Assembly (NCBI GenBank): GCA_030523645.1
Contig: JAUNIB010000005.1
Location: forward strand, 114,860-138,859
DNA from: Selenomonadaceae bacterium
GTDB lineage: Bacteria > Bacillota > Negativicutes > Selenomonadales > Selenomonadaceae
DNA: 24,000 nucleotides
Direction: 5' to 3'
The notes below the pieces were generated by a model. It saw only the letters and a program-made list of their open reading frames with translations, made no database searches and was not told where the DNA came from. Made by a program: the position numbers and the translations under genes. Below, one piece after another: positions 21,801-24,000 of the stretch (positions within the stretch are counted from its first letter, which is position 1; every line of letters begins with the position of its first letter).

Positions 21801-24000
21801 ATGGAAAAGAATGATGCGTCCAAAACCGGCAGAGCCACGAAGGCCGGAACCGGTGAAAACCGGACGCGAAAGAAAAAGAAGAGCGGTATGGGCAAAGCGG
21901 TCCGCATTGTCAGCTACTTCACGCTGGTAGTATTTATCCTGCTGGCTGGCATCGGCTGCGGCTTTGTAACGGCGACCCTGAACACGAAGGATGACATCAC
22001 GGATATCAACCCGGTGGCATCTTCTCATATCTATGATGTGAAGGGCAGGGAAATCACCAGCATCCACGCCGAGGAAAACCGCGTGCCGGTGAAGCTGGCT
22101 AATATCCCAAAGGAGCTGCAGGACGCTTTCGTCTGTATAGAAGACAGACGATTTGATGACCACTTCGGTGTTGACCCCTGGGGTATTCTTCGTGCAGCAG
22201 TTGCCAATGTACTTGGCGGCTCTGTCCGTGAGGGCGGCTCCACCATCACCCAGCAGCTGGCAAAGAATGCCTATCTGACTCAGGAGCGTACCCTGCAGCG
22301 TAAGGTGCAGGAGGTATTCCTGGCTATCAAGCTGGAGCGCAAATATACCAAGGACGAAATCCTTGAAATGTATCTCAATCAGATTTATTTCGGACAGGGT
22401 GCCTACGGCGTAGAGGCTGCGGCTCTTACTTATTTCGGCAAGCATGCCAGCGAGCTGAGCCTCAATGAGTGTGCAATGCTGGCCGGTGTCCCCAAGAGCC
22501 CCAATTATTATTCACCCTTCCATCGGGAGGGCGACAGCTGGCCGGCTCAGGAACGAATGATGGTGGTTCTCGATTCCATGCAGAAGTTCGGCCGTCCCGC
22601 CAAGAAGCGTTCCTATGGCAGTGCTTTAATCAATGAGGCAAAGAATACGCCTATCAAACTCAGGGATATAAAGAAGGGTGAGCAGGAGGAGGCCTCCTAC
22701 TTCATAGATTATGTTCTGCAGGAGCTTATTGCTGATCCCCGGTTCGGTGCCGATGCCGTTTACATGAACGGTCTGAAGATATACACCACCATCGACCTCG
22801 ACCTTCAGCGCTATGCGGAGCAGGCGGTCAAGAACAATCTGCCGCTCTATTCCAAGTACAATGGTATTCAGCAGCCGCAGGCCGCACTGGTGGCAATCAA
22901 TCCCCACAACGGCTATATACAGGCCATGGTAGGCGGCCGCGGCACAGACCAGTTCAACCGTGCTGTATTGGCTACCAGACAGCCCGGCTCCGCCATGAAG
23001 CCTTTCGTCTTTGCGGCAGCGCTTACCGAGAATTTCACGCCTGACACCATCATTGAGGATAGCCCCATAAAGATTGGTGACTGGGAGCCGATGAACTATA
23101 ACCGCAACTTTAATGGTAAGGTTCCGCTCCGTACCGTAGCGACCTTCTCTCTGAATGTTCCTACCGTCCGCATTGCTCAGGCAGTGGGCATGGGCAAGGT
23201 CATCGATCTGGCAGAGAAAATGGGTATCACCACACTGGTTCGTGAGGGCAGCATGAACGACATGAATCTGGCCTCTTCCCTCGGCGGTCTTACCCGAGGC
23301 GTTACTCCTTTGGAGATTACCAGTGCTTACGGTACCTTTGCAAACTACGGTGTCCATGTGCCGGCTACCGGCATCATAAAGGTCTGCGACCGTTATGACA
23401 ATGTACTTTATCAGGCAGAGGCAGCTCCCACCACGGTTTTCTCTGAGGAAATCGCCACAGAGATGAACGATATGCTCCAGTCGGTAGTCTTAGCCGGTAC
23501 CGGTACGGGAGCGAACATTGGTCGCCCGGCTGCAGGTAAGACAGGTACTACCAGTGATTACCTTGATGCATGGTTTGTCGGCTATACACCGGACCTTGTT
23601 ACCGGTGTATGGATTGGCTGCGATGACAATGAAGACCTTGACGGCATGACCGGCGGTACCCTGCCGGCTTCCATCTGGCAGGTGTTCATGTCTGCAGCGA
23701 CCAAGGGTATGCCGGTGAAATACTTTGACGGCAGCCGCCGCTCCGTCGCAAAGCCGGTAAAAGAAATCCTTGACCCCAATTCCAAGGGCAAAAATGATCC
23801 CAAGAAGAAGACCGGCAAGGACGGTAAGACTTCGGTAAAGGGCAAGACCGAGGCCCCGGCCGGCAAGGAAACCCCGAAGAAGAATGAAGCGCCTGAGTCG
23901 GCGCCCGAAAAGAATACCGCTCCGGCGGCCCAGCAGGCTCCGGCCCCGTCAGCTCCCCCTCCAGCCGGTCCTTCAATCGGTGCAGGCGGTAAGGGAAAGA
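21801..24000 (+). CDS. Class A penicillin-binding protein (PBP1A-type transglycosylase/transpeptidase); the 3' end lies outside the window
   Basis: This gene is missing from the ORF track because there is no stop in the window; the translation is my own. GT51 motifs: EDRRFDDHFGVD, GGSTITQQLAKN, RKVQE. Transpeptidase motifs: SAMKP, SLN, KTGTT. RBS GGGAGGAG lies before ATG 21801. The tail is Lys/Pro/Ala-rich and low in complexity. Confidence 0.9.
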   Translation, partial: MEKNDASKTGRATKAGTGENRTRKKKKSGMGKAVRIVSYFTLVVFILLAGIGCGFVTATLNTKDDITDINPVASSHIYDVKGREITSIHAEENRVPVKLANIPKELQDAFVCIEDRRFDDHFGVDPWGILRAAVANVLGGSVREGGSTITQQLAKNAYLTQERTLQRKVQEVFLAIKLERKYTKDEILEMYLNQIYFGQGAYGVEAAALTYFGKHASELSLNECAMLAGVPKSPNYYSPFHREGDSWPAQERMMVVLDSMQKFGRPAKKRSYGSALINEAKNTPIKLRDIKKGEQEEASYFIDYVLQELIADPRFGADAVYMNGLKIYTTIDLDLQRYAEQAVKNNLPLYSKYNGIQQPQAALVAINPHNGYIQAMVGGRGTDQFNRAVLATRQPGSAMKPFVFAAALTENFTPDTIIEDSPIKIGDWEPMNYNRNFNGKVPLRTVATFSLNVPTVRIAQAVGMGKVIDLAEKMGITTLVREGSMNDMNLASSLGGLTRGVTPLEITSAYGTFANYGVHVPATGIIKVCDRYDNVLYQAEAAPTTVFSEEIATEMNDMLQSVVLAGTGTGANIGRPAAGKTGTTSDYLDAWFVGYTPDLVTGVWIGCDDNEDLDGMTGGTLPASIWQVFMSAATKGMPVKYFDGSRRSVAKPVKEILDPNSKGKNDPKKKTGKDGKTSVKGKTEAPAGKETPKKNEAPESAPEKNTAPAAQQAPAPSAPPPAGPSIGAGGKGK

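Noticed and set aside
13623-23976. Many long ORFs antisense to, or overlapping, the GC-rich host genes. Examples: 14308..15066, 16324..17508, 18103..19086, 19937..21202, 21726..22445, 22626..23357, 23582..23976.
   Set aside because: These are shadow ORFs typical of high-GC coding regions. In each case the opposite-strand or alternative-frame gene has clear family motifs and an RBS.

Overview
This 24-kb window comes from a roughly 55% GC, Firmicutes-type chromosome. The backbone has an RsmJ-like methyltransferase fragment at the left. At the right it has a hybrid histidine kinase, a DUF1858 protein, an OadA/5S-like carboxyltransferase, a TAXI-TRAP transporter operon and a class A PBP. An AT-rich accessory island of about 11.4 kb (roughly one-third GC by eye) interrupts the backbone at about 1046-12430.

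Part 1 of the island (1.0-5.6 kb) is a double type II restriction-modification locus. It has an M.HhaI-like C5 methyltransferase (predicted GCGC) driven by a consensus promoter whose spacer is a perfect palindrome carrying two GCGC sites. It also has a second C5 methyltransferase with a different target-recognition region. Between the two lie two tandem, translationally coupled, mutually homologous PD-(D/E)XK endonucleases of the HhaI type.

Part 2 (6.5-12.3 kb) is an uncharacterised module. It holds two diverged paralogues of a ~300-aa protein with a conserved REFExxRNIxFHG (R-x4-H, HEPN-like) motif, a PBECR4-like nuclease, membrane proteins (one apparently frameshifted) and small ORFs. The most unusual signal is a ~235-nt non-coding element present in two copies. 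On the minus strand it folds into hairpins with compensatory changes and ends in an intrinsic terminator. In copy 1 that terminator sits directly in front of the RBS of the PBECR4-like gene. In copy 2 it precedes a vestigial RBS and 7-codon ORF convergent with the second HEPN-like gene.

I propose this RNA-plus-nuclease module as the candidate undescribed system: an RNA-gated toxin, type III-like toxin-antitoxin or abortive-infection module. An IS200-type tnpA remnant separates the two parts. I saw no rRNA, tRNA or CRISPR array. All family assignments come from motif recognition and memory and need database confirmation.
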